From Octopus vulgaris (lineage: Eukaryota), in the NCBI GenBank assembly GCA_951406725.2, contig OX597816.1, positions 176,266,001 to 176,330,000 of the forward strand: a stretch of DNA of 64,000 nt, read 5' to 3'. The translations under genes were made by a program, and so were the position numbers. The notes beneath the pieces were generated by a model. That model made no database searches and was not told the DNA's origin. It saw only the letters and a program-made list of their open reading frames with translations. Of the stretch, positions 12,542 to 29,831 are shown piece by piece. How positions within the stretch are numbered: position 1 is the first letter of the stretch; every line of letters starts with the position of its first letter.

Positions 12542-13641
12542 CTAGAAATGCATCTCGGCGTTGCCCGGGTGTTATGCCCGACATCCACATTGCATTAGTT
12601 GTTTGTTTCTCATGGGCAGAAGCGGTACAGCTGGTATATAGTGAACTGGAGTACTGGCTTAATGGATGTTATTGTTTGTTTAAAAGTGAAGTGAGGAAGG
12701 TACAATTTGCATAAAGGATTACAAACTATTTCATCATATAAAAGGGGGTTAATATGATTTTGCCCAGAAATCACGTTTTCAAAATTTTAGCTCCCCCACC
12801 ATCCGTCTCCACCGCAATTTCTTAATTTGTAACTGTTTTGAATATTTTTTTTATCCTCTGAAAAATAGAGATTACAAATCTGGGAAATATATATTTTTTT
12901 GAGAGTTTAATTTTTCTTAAAGAAACACTCAATGCCCCTTCCCTCACCTCACCTACCCATCACCTACTCACTTTCAAAAAGCTAAAACCTCCCAATGTTT
13001 CACTTTCATCTGATATTTCATGCATGCATAGAATTGTACTGAAATAGCAGACGTAAAAAATACCAGAAAACCCGACATGCTAGAAACAACAGGTAAACAA
13101 CATTATTTATGAATAAACTACCCCGCTTTCCAAAAAGCTAATTGTGAAACATTAGGAGTTTGTAGGTTTTTGAAAGTGGTGAGGTGATGGTTGGATGTTT
13201 GGGAAGGAGATTTTGGGATTTCTTTAAGAAAAAAAGGAAGAAGAAAATTATTAAAGATTTGTACTCCATTTTTTTCCTCTTGAACAAAATTTGGGAGAAA
13301 AGTAAAAAAAAAAAAATGAAGAAATTGGAGTGTGGAGGGAGAAAATTAAAAAAATTAATGTTTTTTGGGTGAAATCCCTATCTCTTGTATCGAAAGCATA
13401 GGAATATGAAGAAATTTAGAAAAAAAATAAAAGGGAGCGCAAATGATGATATAGTTTCTATGATGAAATAGTTTGTAATCCTTCTTAAGAGCAGAAAGTA
13501 CTTTCATGCAAATTGTACCTTCCCCACTTCACTTTTAAACAAACAATAACTTCCATTAAGCCAGTAATCTTGGACATGCTAGAAATAACAGGTAAAGGAC
13601 AGGATTTCAAGGAAATTTTCCTTTTAAGTTTATATCGAAGA
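12542..13641 (-). mobile_element. Putative non-autonomous Helitron with a large internal palindrome
   Basis: Left end a|ctag...ctcggcgttgcccggg resembles the hairpin+CTAG 3' end of the Helitrons at 29460, 30798 and 48073. Candidate 5' TC end (tcttcgatataaac on minus) near 13641. Internal inverted arms about 12653-13002 and 13134-13567. Confidence 0.55.
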
Positions 13642-14409
13642 CCAGGTTTTTAAATACACTCATCACAAACATAAATTACAGAATAGCAAAAGGTAATTTC
13701 AATTGGATTTGAGCTGTAATTTTGCGCATGCACACAGCAAGAAATAACAATTTCACAGAAATTTTAACCATAGTGTGGGTGTGTGTGTGTGTGTGCCAAA
13801 GGAAGTTATTTTATGGCATTCTTACGTTTGAAGCAGCAAAGTTGTCAACTTGATCATATGAGTTCATATGATTGGTCATTAATTTCCATAACATTTAAAA
13901 AAAAATTTTATGCTTTGAAGACAGGAGAAAGTGAAAAAGCAATGTTTGCTTTAAAGTCAGAGCAGACAGTGAAAGAAAGAGAAAATGAAAGATGTATGTA
14001 CATGTATATGAAATGGACATGTGTGCATGAGAGAGACTGAGGGAGTGAAGGGGTTTGTTGTGTATGTATTTTTTGCCTGTATAAGTGATATTCATTTCAT
14101 ATACACATACATAAATACATATGCATACATCTTTTTTGTATGTATGTGTGCATGTGAGAGAGAGAGAGAGAGTGAGTGACCGTATGTCCATATAACATAT
14201 AGAGAAATGGATATCTTTTAAGGAAATTTTTTTGGTTGTGGCTTATTTTAATACAATATTTATGTATACATTTTCATAAATGTTTGTTGATTTGAATTCT
14301 ACACATGTGTGAAACACCAGACAAAAGTGAAACATTAAAAGCAAATTGAAATATTGCTCGAAAATGACCTTAAAATTGTGTGACCCAACCTCATTTCTGA
14401 GGTTATTTT

Positions 14410-15626
14410 GTCTTGCAAACAACTTGCACATGCAAGTGCTACCAGTTAAAAGCTCTGTATACTGGAAGCTAGCAAGTGTATGGGGTCATCAGGAGAGAAT
14501 GCGCGCTGTTTCGGGGCCTACCTCTCAGCGGCATCAATGCGCACTGGCCCCCCTCACTGATATGAGGCCCCACTTGCTAGATCAGCTGGTTATGAAGAAC
14601 TCAATATACTTCTAGCCATCGCTCATCATCTCTTTTTAACCATATCAAGTGGCTAGCCTTCTCCACTGTAGATTGGATATCAGTCATGGTGGTATTGACT
14701 TTACGATGAGTTAGGCCTAGTGATAACAACAGTCGTCTCACGCTGTGTCCAACAAACCCTCTACATCCGACTTTGATAGCAAAATGTTCCGCTTTCCAGC
14801 CTACATCTTCACATTCCTCGAGGAGGTTTTCATAACGGTTCAATTTTCGAGCCCGAGCGGCGTCCATATTATCTTCATGAAGAACCGTTAACTTGACTAT
14901 ATTTACAACTTTCTTTCTTTCACACCACATCAAAATATCTGGTTTTTTCGTAATTGGGATGGGAAAGAAAACCTGGCACCCAGGTAAATCTGCAGTTACC
15001 TCCCAATAGCCGTTCCACTTTTCATTTCTCTCAGAAAGTTTCTTGATCTTCTTGAAATGGATCTGCTGACCTGGTCGCACGAAGGTAATGAAATCTCTTG
15101 ATGGTACTTTTAATCATTTTTCTTCAGTGTTGTTGAGATGAATTTGGTTCTTTATAGCATTGAAGATAACCTTAACGACCAAGTTGTGTCTCCATGTAAA
15201 CCCGTTCAATGCTAGTGAGCAGTTGGAAAGAATATGTTTCAGTGTACCGACCCTTCCACATTTGCAGATGTCATTCTCTAAGACGTTCCATCTTACTAGA
15301 TTCATAGGTGATGGCAAAACATAAGATGAACGAATCAGGAAACTCAGCCGAGATGTCATCCACTTCCACATCTCATCCCAACTTATCTTCCTCTTAGCAG
15401 CATTTTCTTCCCATCTCGTCATCTGACCTTGATGAACACATCGGATCAAATGAAGCTCTCTTATCTCTGCTTCTCTTGTTTTGACGCTGTTGCTAACAAC
15501 AGATCTGCGTTCACTCCGCATCATGCTTGCAAACGGTCAGAACTAATCTGCGCCAAAACCAAGTCCTTTCTCTGTGTATAAGAGAAGACAAGATGTCAGT
15601 TTCTGCTTCTGCTTTCCACTTCCTGG
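14410..15626 (-). mobile_element. 5'-truncated RLE-type non-LTR retrotransposon (HERO-like)
   Basis: ORF 15114-15524 has a CCHC-type knuckle (CKCG...TLKHILSNC). ORF 14601-15080 has a restriction-like endonuclease signature (KKPDILMW...IVKLTV...VGCRGFVG). Flanked by a 45-bp direct repeat at 14365-14409 and 15635-15679. Confidence 0.85.
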
Positions 15627-15835
15627 CTTAAAATTGACCTTAAAATTGTGTGACCCAACCTCATTTCTGAGGTTATTTTAGTAGTAACAAAGAGTTGTTG
15701 TGCCCAAAACATAGTTTATTTGGTAGCCTATATATATATATATATATATATATATCATATCAAAGGGAAATGGAAATTAATTAAAATTTTCATTTCCAGT
15801 GGCCTAACGTGTAAAAGTTTAGTCCAAAGAGTATG

Positions 15836-16180
15836 TCATCATCCTCATCGTTTAACGTCCGTTTTCCATGCTAGCATGGGTTGGACAGTTCGACCGGGGT
15901 CTGGGAAGCCAGGAGGCTGCACCAGGCTCCAGTCTGATCTGGCAGTGTTTCTACAGCTGGATGCCCTTCCTAACGCCAACTACTCTGTGAGTGTAGTGGG
16001 TGCTTTTTATGTGCCACTGGCACAGGTCCAGGCGAGGCTGGCAACAGCCATGATTGGTTGGTGCTTATTATGTGCCACTGGCACGTAAGCCAGTCAAGGT
16101 GGGGCTGGCACAGGTATCACTGCTACAATTTCCATTTGATTTTTGATGTTGATGTACTTGACTCAATAGGTGTCCTCAAG
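15836..16180 (-). mobile_element. RTE LINE 3' end (short, 5'-truncated copy)
   Basis: catcgtttaacgtcc...ggatgcccttcctaacgccaac matches the 3' terminus and (GAT)n tail of the RTE copies at 45094 and 55566. Confidence 0.8.
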
Positions 16181-16183
16181 CAC

Positions 16184-16365
16184 ATCATCATCATCATCAT
16201 CGTTTAACGTCCGTTCTCCATGCTAGCATGGGTTGGACGGTTCGACCGGGGATCTGGGAAGCCAGAAGGCTGCACCAGGCTCCAGTCTTATCTGGCAGTG
16301 TTTCTACAGCTGTATGCCCTTCCTGACGCCAACCCCTCCGTGAGTGTAGTGGGTGCTTTTTACAT
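16184..16365 (-). mobile_element. Second RTE LINE 3' end, adjacent to the previous one
   Basis: (CAT)6 tail followed by the same terminal ~170 bp. Confidence 0.8.
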
Positions 16366-17548
16366 GAAACAGGAGATACAAATATTACAGGCACTTCCAC
16401 ACACACACACACACACTAACTAAACATAGACACACATTGAGGTATACGCATGCACAAATGAAGACATATACAATAGAAATACAAAATACAAAATGACTGG
16501 CCGTTAGTAAGAAAGAAGAAAGCAAAGGACCACTGATGCGGTCACAAGAGTGTGACGAAAGAACTCTGGCCGAAATAAGATTAAGATTAATGTAAAAAAT
16601 AAATAACACTGGGATCTTTTCCTTTTGATGGACGGAATTTCTAGTTACCTAAACAATTTGAAACTTCGTATACTGGTAGAATGTGTCAAAAGAAAACATT
16701 ATTTTCATTTGGCTTTTTTGAGAAAAATGTAATTTGTAAGTTTAAAAAGATTGGAAAATATGGTAGTATTTCAGATAGACTGATACAGATTGTATGTGGA
16801 GCTACTATCCCACTTGAATACTGTCCTTTTCCTTCATAAGTGCTATTTAATGACACAGAAAAGCAAATGAATTCCAATTACTGGAATACTTGTGAAAAGC
16901 AGGAGTATGTCTCTCTACGAGGCTGCAATTGTTGGCATTGTTTTTGTTCTCATGGTACTGGAATTATTGTTTTCATATAAACATCATTGATTCAATAAAA
17001 ATCTGAAATAGTAATAACAATTTAAATAATTAAAATGGAAGAAAGCTTTTGAAAACATTTTCATATATAAGTGTTAACATTTTAGAGTGAATAATCACAT
17101 AGCATACCCAGTTCACAAAGGCTATTCATTTGTGTAGCTTTTGTGAAGCGGGATATTTCATGCAAATTGCCAAAACCTTTGTAACTTGTTTAGAACTTTT
17201 CAAGTGCAAAAGTGTATTTTTGCTGACTTCTCATTCTTCAGTTACGATTACTATTTTTCTCTCTATTGCTTTCATTGCTATTTTTTGTGTCATTATTTTG
17301 AACCAGACTATTAAATAACAAATAATATTTTCAGATGGAGCTCTGATGTTACTTGTAAAACAATCAACTGAGCAACATGTCTGCCTTATTGTCCAAATCT
17401 TTTCTCCTCTTCCTTTCCATGATGTTAATTAGAGGTGATTTGTTACCCCTTACCTATCAATGATATTTATTCCCTTTAAAAAAGAAAATAATGTAACTTT
17501 AACAATTACACTCAAGATTTCTTAGTTTCTGATATAAGCCTCCAAATC

Positions 17549-17768
17549 TTATATATATACATACATATATATACATACACATATATATATATATACATAT
17601 ACATATATGTACATATATATACATACACATATATACATATACATATATGTACATATATATATATATATATATGCATATATATATACATATATATATACAT
17701 ATATATATATACATATACATATATATATACATATACATATATATATATACATATACATATATATATAC

Positions 17769-17800
<32 letters not shown>

Positions 17801-17824
17801 ATACATATATATATATACATATAC

Positions 17825-17857
<33 letters not shown>

Positions 17858-17896
17858 CATATATATATACATATACATATATATATATACATATAC

Positions 17897-17931
<35 letters not shown>

Positions 17932-18344
17932 GACATACATATATGTATACATATACATATACATATATGTATATATATACATATATATATATGTATACAT
18001 ATAGACATACATATATGTATATATATACACATACATATATGTATACATATACACATACATACATACATACATACATACATACATACATACATACATGTAT
18101 GTATATATATATACATATATATATATGTATACATATACACATACATGTATGTATATATATATACATATATATATATGTATACATATACACATACATGTAT
18201 GTATATATATATACATATATATATATGTATACATATACACATACATGTATGTATATATATATACATATATATATATGTATGCATATACACATACATATAT
18301 GTATATATATACATACATACATACATACATGTATGTATATATAT
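17549..18344. repeat. Compound (TA)n/(TACA)n microsatellite
   Basis: Direct reading of the sequence. Confidence 0.97.
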
Positions 18345-21300
18345 TGATGCCATCTTTCACATCGAGCAAAACAAAAATGACAAGGATGGAGGCACGGGTG
18401 CTGATGAAAGATGCCACCCCCCCTTGGTAAACACTCAGGAAAACAAAGAAGATTCAAGTGAGAAACCTGCCCAGGAAGTAAACCCAAGTGCAAGTGCCCC
18501 TACCAGCATCAAAAGTCAAAACCATGGAGATGAAAGAGCCAAAAAAGAAGTAAAAGGAGGAAAAACTAAAAGAAAAACAAAAGACGAAACAGCCAAAGAC
18601 GGAAAAACTAAAACTCAAACAAAACCAAGGATAGAAGCCAAGGAAAGAAGCAAACCTGACTATCCATGTACCAAAAAGGATAGAAAGAGAAAGCACACAC
18701 GAATATGTAAATTCTACCTGAAAGGTGTCTGCTGCATGGAGAGGAAGGTGCAGGTTGCCGTTCTGCACACCAAAGACCCTGCCACATAAACATGAAACAG
18801 GGCAGAAACTAACTGCCAAAAGGAAAAGGAAAGGACTACGCACCACCTGCCCCAAAACGGAGGTAGGCAGATGTAGTACGTGTTACAAACCATCAACATG
18901 TTATTGAAAGGGCAGCTGCTGAACAAGAATCTTTTTTGTGCATGGCACAAAAGATTGTACAGCAGCTAACCTGGCTCCATCAAACTCAAACTCACAGATG
19001 GGACTATCACCAATACACAAGACCGCCTCAGCAAATAGACCCAAAGTGGACACCAAGACAACAGCACACACACCACCTCGATGCTCCTACTGAACATCAG
19101 AGGGCTGCTAGCACTCAGTAACAGGACAAAAATCCCTTGAGAGACCTTGTTGCATGCAATCAAGCCTTATGCATAGCACTTACAGAAACACACCTGAAAC
19201 CGGACATAGCAGATGCGGAAATACACATACCACAGTATGTTGTATTACGGGCCAACAGAAAAGAAAGGAGTCATGGTGGAGCTGCTATGTATATCTGCGA
19301 GGACCTGACACCCCAGGTCCTTTTGTCATACTCAAATTCAGTGTGTGACACACTAATTGTACATATAAGGCAACTCGGTGTAGTTATATGTACTACATAT
19401 CGTCCTCCAGATGCTCCAAGCCATGTAGGCAAGTTTGAAGACTGCCTTACAAAAATAGAAGTTCTAGTCACGTTACAATAACACATAAGTGTACTTCTTA
19501 TGGGAGACTTCAATCTGCCCAATGTCAGATGGCACAAGGGCCTTTCTCTCCCAGGAATGACACGATGTGAATGAGGACAGGCGAGGTCCCTCCTGAACCT
19601 CATCAACACTCTATACATGGAGCAAATAATACTCCAACCAACCAGGGCAGGTAACATACTGGATCTCTGCTTCACAAATAATATGGATCTCATCCATAAT
19701 GTGAAAGTGACACCGACACTACTCTCGGATCACAACATGGTAGAGTTGACCATGTACGGGCCAAAGGAAAGCATGGACATGCAGTCTACATGAAACTCTC
19801 AGAATCTTTCCAGCTTGAACTTCCATAAGGCAAACTGGAAACAAATTGAGAAAGAAATCCTCAAAGATAACTGGCTTAAATGTCTCTCCTCGCCAGACAT
19901 CGACATGAAACTTCAACAACTCATGTCTGTAATGCAAGCCATATGCTACAAATGTGTCCCAGAGAGAAAGGCCACTGTACACAAGAACAAAATCCCCAGA
20001 GAGAGGAAAATTCTTATGAGACGGCGTACAAAAGTTTCAAATTGCCTAAACAAACAAATTGAAAGCAGTAAAATGTCCCGCCTAAAAATAAAACTGTTGG
20101 AAATTGAAAAATGTCTGCAACTCTCCCATGAAAAGAAAGAGCAGACAAAGAAGCCTGGGCTATAGACAACATAAAATCTAACCCCAGAGCTTTCTACAAG
20201 TTTGCCAAAGAAACAGCTATGGTGCACTGTAGGATAGGGCCACTCCTTGAAAAAGAAGGCACACTCACAGGAAATCCAACGAAGATAAGTGAAATACTAA
20301 ATGAGCAATTCAAGAGTATTTTCACTCCACCCCTAGGGCATTTTCAAGTCAGCAACCCAACTGACTTCTTTACCACTGCAGATGTAAAATCAGAGGCAGC
20401 GATGATTGATTACATCAATATAAAGGAAGACGATGTAATAAAGGCTATTGATGAAATGAAAACAAACTCAGCTACTGGCCCAGATGGATTCCCATCAATC
20501 CTTCTAAAAGTAAGTAAGAGAGTCCTAGCAAGACCACTGCAGTTCCTCTTTCAGAGCTTCCTTGCAGCTGGCAAACTTCCAAGAAAACTGAAGGAGGGTA
20601 AAATATGCCCTATTCATAAAGGAGGTAGCAGAGCGGAGGCCAAGAACTACAGACCTATCTCTCTGACCTCACACATCAGCAAGGTCATGGAATGAATAGT
20701 CAGAAGGAAACTAATCGCCTTCCTTGAAGAAAATAACTTGCTGCCTGACACCCAACATGGTTTCCGACAAGGAAGAAGCTGCCTAACTCAGCTCCTACAA
20801 CACTATGACTGGGTGCTGAAACAACTGCTCAACCACTCAAATGTGGAAGTGATATATCTCAACTTTGCAAAGGCCTTTGATAAAGTCGATCATGGAATGA
20901 TATGTCACAAACTGTGTGATTTTGGCATAGTTGGAAAATTGGGAGAATGGTTTCATGACTTTCTGAAGGATAGAAGTCAGGTGGTAGTAGCCAATGGGGT
21001 CACCTCCAATAACACGCAAATAGTGAGCGGCGTTCCGCAAGACACTGTTTTGGGACCACTACTGTTCATAATGGCCCTCTCAGGCATGCCCTCAGCCACG
21101 TAAAGAGCCATGATCACAAGTTATGCAGATGATGCAAAAGTTTCACAGGCAATACAGAACCCTGAAGCCACTAAGCACCTGCAATGTGAGCTGGAAGAAA
21201 TATACAAGTGGGCTGAAAAGAATAGCATGCAGTTCAATGCTGAAAAGTTTCAAGCTTTATGCTATCAGCATGCAAAACTAAATGCAATACCCAATGAATA

Positions 21301-22112
21301 CACTGGACCTGGAGGGATTGCAATCCCAGAGGCACAATCAGTGCGAGACCTGGGTATTTACATGAGTAATGATGCAAACTTTCAGGTGCATGTTGTTAAA
21401 TTGGCAATGAAATGTAGGCAGCTGACCGGATGGATTCTTAGAGCTTTTAGAACAAGAGACCAGGAAACCATGATGGTCCTCTGGAGGACACTTGTCCTAA
21501 TCCACTTTGACTATTGCTCTCAGTTATGGTCACCAACCAGTGTCAAATTAATCTCAAAACTGGAGGCGATCCAACAAAGCTACACGAAGATAGCCTCTGT
21601 GCAGCATATAAGCTATTGGGAAAGACTCAAGAGATTAAGACTCTATTCCTTAGAGTGTAGTTGAGAAAGATATGACATAATATATATCTGGAAGATCCTG
21701 GAAGGACTTGTCCCAAACTTTGGCATCGAGAGTTACACAAATACTAGAACTGGGCGTCACTGCATAGTGCCAAGGACTCCAAATTTGCCATCAAGATGTA
21801 GGACAAGATACTGTGATAGCCTGGGCTTCCGAGGTCCAGAGCTCTTCAATATCCTTCCGAAGAACCTGTGGGACCTGCATGGGGTGGATGCAGATGTCTT
21901 TAAAGTAGGACTGGATCTCTTCCTGTCAGGTGTCCCAGATGAACAAACTTCTCAGCTGGAGGTGCAGATGAGGGCAGCTGCATCGAACTCTCTCATGCAC
22001 CAAATGTCAATTGCTAAAAAGCATTCGTGAAGTAAAATCATGTAGCAACACCAAATGGCGGTGCCCCAGCATGGCCACAGCTTGTGAGATGAAACTGGAT
22101 AAAATAAAAAAA
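18345..22112 (+). mobile_element. Near full-length, inactivated CR1-group LINE (ORF1 remnant plus APE-RT ORF2)
   Basis: ORF1 remnant with a CCCH finger (~18700-18770, one frameshift). APE motifs LLLNIRGL, IALTETHL, YRPP, MGDFNLP. RT motifs YRPISLTS, QHGFR, NFAKAFDKVDH, GVPQ.TVLGPLLF, YADDAK. C-terminal DYCSQLWSP and LYSLE. A-rich tail at ~22101-22112. Multiple stops and frameshifts. Confidence 0.9.
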
Positions 22113-26706
<4,594 letters not shown>

Positions 26707-27516
26707 AAGAAAAAAGCAACAAGAATGGATTAGTTGTTCAGTACAGTTGTTTCATACGAAGAACAGCTTTATTAAAAGCTGCAAATATTGCAGCAAATAC
26801 AAGTGTCCCGTATTCATCAGCCAAAACACATATGAGTTTTCCAAACATCCTAGGGGGTGAGGCTACACTCATGAAGTATCGAAGAGAGTTCTATAAAAAG
26901 CAAATTTAGATTGTAAGCAGACTTCCAAAGTTCTCTAATGATGCACAGTTTTATAAAAGGTTTTAAAAAAGCTTGTTAGCTTCACAGGAAAGGTAAATCC
27001 ATCCATAATAATGTAGGTTTAATTTACGGAGATATGAGGAGATATTTCAAACTCAGAGATGATGAATTTATCCATAATAAAGTAGGCATAATTTCCTGAT
27101 ATATGAGAAGATGCTGATCACATTTCTGTTCATTTCACAAAACTACTATGTTGGAATTATATTGGCTAAAAGTAGTGGAGCAGAAAAACCACCCAAATAG
27201 GGCATTATGGGACAACTGAGGGGAAAGGGGTGTAAGTACACAACCTACACAGAATAGTCTATTTCTGTGGTGACAGAAAGTCTAGGTTAGAGTTGCAGGA
27301 ATCTGAGATTTATAAAAGAGAACATTACTTTTGACCAGCATACAGCTGTTAACTGCCAATCCTACAGAGTTAAAGCAGATATAAGAATATAAAGAGAACA
27401 AGAGAAAGTAATAAAGGGGTCAAAGGCTATCAGTAGAGGAAAATTTTTGTTGTGCCTCATGGTACAAAGTGACAATGTGTGTTTTCTGCTTGGAAGACTT
27501 AATTCGTTGACATATA

Positions 27517-28826
27517 TAAGGTGTCCATAAAGTCTCTTTACAATTTCAAAAATTTCTTACAAAAGCAAATAAATAGATAAATCTGTGGAAATTATTACAA
27601 AATAAGGTGTAGATATTGAAGTTTTCTTTTTTTGTTGCCTTATTCAATACATCTCTATATGGGTACCATTAGTTGCACAAAGTACATCAAGACAGTAATC
27701 AATTTCTTGCCATGTTCATTGTAGTACAGTCTTATCAATGGTCGCAATGGCATCAGTGATCCTTTGCTTCAGGTCGTTTGTGTTCCATATCTTTGTTTGA
27801 TACACAATGTCTTTAACATAACCCCTTAGGAAAAAAGTTCAGGAGTGATATTCAGGGAACAAAATGGCCAGGGAATTAGGCCGTCCCTTCCAAATCAACA
27901 GTCTGGAAATATCTGATTTAGGAACCCAAGAACATGCAGTCCCCAATGTAGTGGTGCACCATCCTGCTAGAAAATGATGGTTAGTTGACGGTCATCCAGT
28001 TGTGGTGCCACATATTCAGTTAAAAGATCAAGGTAAATATTTGCAGAAATTGATCTCCCTGTGAAGAAAATGGACCACTGATTCAAGTGCATATCATTCA
28101 TCTTTGGACTATCTCGATGAGGTTACATGGGCTTGCTCTGATTCCTAGATCCTCACAACAATATGTGGGTTCAGTTTCCTGGAACGTGAAAGGTTGCCTA
28201 ATCATTAAAACAAACTCGAATGAGGAACGCTGCATCCGCAGGAATTTGTTCCAGCATGTGAATTGCAAACTCTTTTCGCCTTGGTTTATCATTTGGTTCA
28301 ATTGCCTGTAATTGTACGTATATAATCACAAGTTCTTGCGTAGGACTTTGTGCACTATTGAATGTGATAGCTGTAACTGTCTGGCAGCATTACATATGGA
28401 CTTTGTAGGAGAACTAGCAAAGGCTTGTCTTATACTATCAATGTTTTCCTCGGATAATTTTGGTCGTCCACCCCTCCTTTTATCCAACACTGTTCCTGTT
28501 TCCATAAATTTCTTGTGCCTTGCACAAATTGACGGATGTCATGGTAGATGTCTTCTATACTTGATCCTGTACTTTTGCTGGGTTTGCATGTCTGATTTTG
28601 TTTCAATAAATCACGATACACATTGTACCTTTTCTTACTTAAGGAGTAGCCATTGTTTCATTTAACCGAACCTTTTCCATCAACAGCGTACCTGAAAAAT
28701 ACAAATGCAATGTGGTTAAAAACTTTAATAACCACTCTGTGAATAGAACAAATCTGACAAACATAAACCATCAATTGCCTTTGTAATAAATTTTTGAAAT
28801 TGTAAAGTAACTTTGTGGACACCCTG
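27517..28826 (-). mobile_element. Full-length decayed Tc1/mariner element, DD41D (rosa)-like
   Basis: Imperfect ~55-bp TIRs (taaggtgtccataaag... and ...ctttgtggacaccctg) with TA on both flanks; 1.31 kb long. Minus-strand translation F*QDGAPLH...GRDG..PWPFCSLNITP puts the third acidic position about 41 residues after the second D. Confidence 0.85.
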
Positions 28827-29459
28827 TATTTTCCACTGAATAAAAAAAATTCTGGAAAAATGTGTGAATGTTTGATGACAAGGTATATTTAGTGAAAAAT
28901 TTTTAATTTAAGTATTCCTTTAAAATAATAGTTCTTTACAGTTTGCTTAATCACTTTCTGTTAAATGAGAGTATTTTCTGCTTTCAGAGCAGGAGAGCTG
29001 CAATTAAAAGAAAGGCTAGTGGCAATAAAATTTGCAAGATAACATATAGGTTCAGGGCCATCAGTTCAAATATATTGCTTTATCCTGGTGAAAAAATGAG
29101 GAAGATCTGTTGTGCTCTTTGTTGTATTTTTTATGCTCTTTTTTTTTTATTGAAATATCGTATTTAAAACCACAATCATCCTTAGTAGAATGTCCTGTTT
29201 AAAGTCAGTCAACCTTTAATGAGAAGGATTAAAAAATGAGGACAAAATCACCTACATACACCGAATGCTTTACATTACAAAGTAACACAATACAAATAAA
29301 AGGTTAAAAAGTAGTCAACAACACTTAAGAAAAGCAAGCCGTATGCTTTTACAGATTCTCTACAGAAATAGCTTGTTAACCCTTAACTGTATTGACAAAT
29401 TTATGAAAGAAGTGATAAATCTAAATCAATCAAACCTTTTGATATAGATATTATGTATA

Positions 29460-29831
29460 TCTCTCTATATATAAACGGCAGTTTGTCTGTGTGTGTTTCT
29501 GTGTGTCTGTTAGGTTGTACCCTCACCCTGACCATGGCTTTCAACCGATTCTGATGAAACTTGACTCACACATAGCCCAATGTCATAATTCAAAACTAAC
29601 GCAGCGAAAATTTTGAAAAGTTCCCCCAGTTCTGAAAAAAATCGATAAATTCGACATGGGGTCGAGAATCAGAAACACAAACCACAGACTGTCTAGGGGA
29701 CGCAACTCGACCTTTTTAACTAAAAAAAAAATTTACCATCATTTTTTTTACATCTTTTGGCTATAACTCTCTAAAAATGCTTTATAGTTATTTCCCTTAC
29801 AAACCCGAGCAACGCCGGGCGATACTGCTAG
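29460..29831 (+). mobile_element. Non-autonomous Helitron
   Basis: 5' A|TC start, subterminal hairpin cccgagcaacgccggg, CTAG|T end, no TSD. Confidence 0.85.

Noticed and set aside
16908-16991. 27-codon hydrophobic ORF MSLYEAAIVGIVFVLMVLELLFSYKHH
   Set aside because: T-rich DNA readily yields such peptides; there is no independent support.
28987-29050. Possible exon after tttcag (AGELQLKERLVAIKFAR*), and a possible 15-nt micro-exon at 10502-10516
   Set aside because: Only splice-like motifs, with no recognisable protein similarity; transcript data would be needed.
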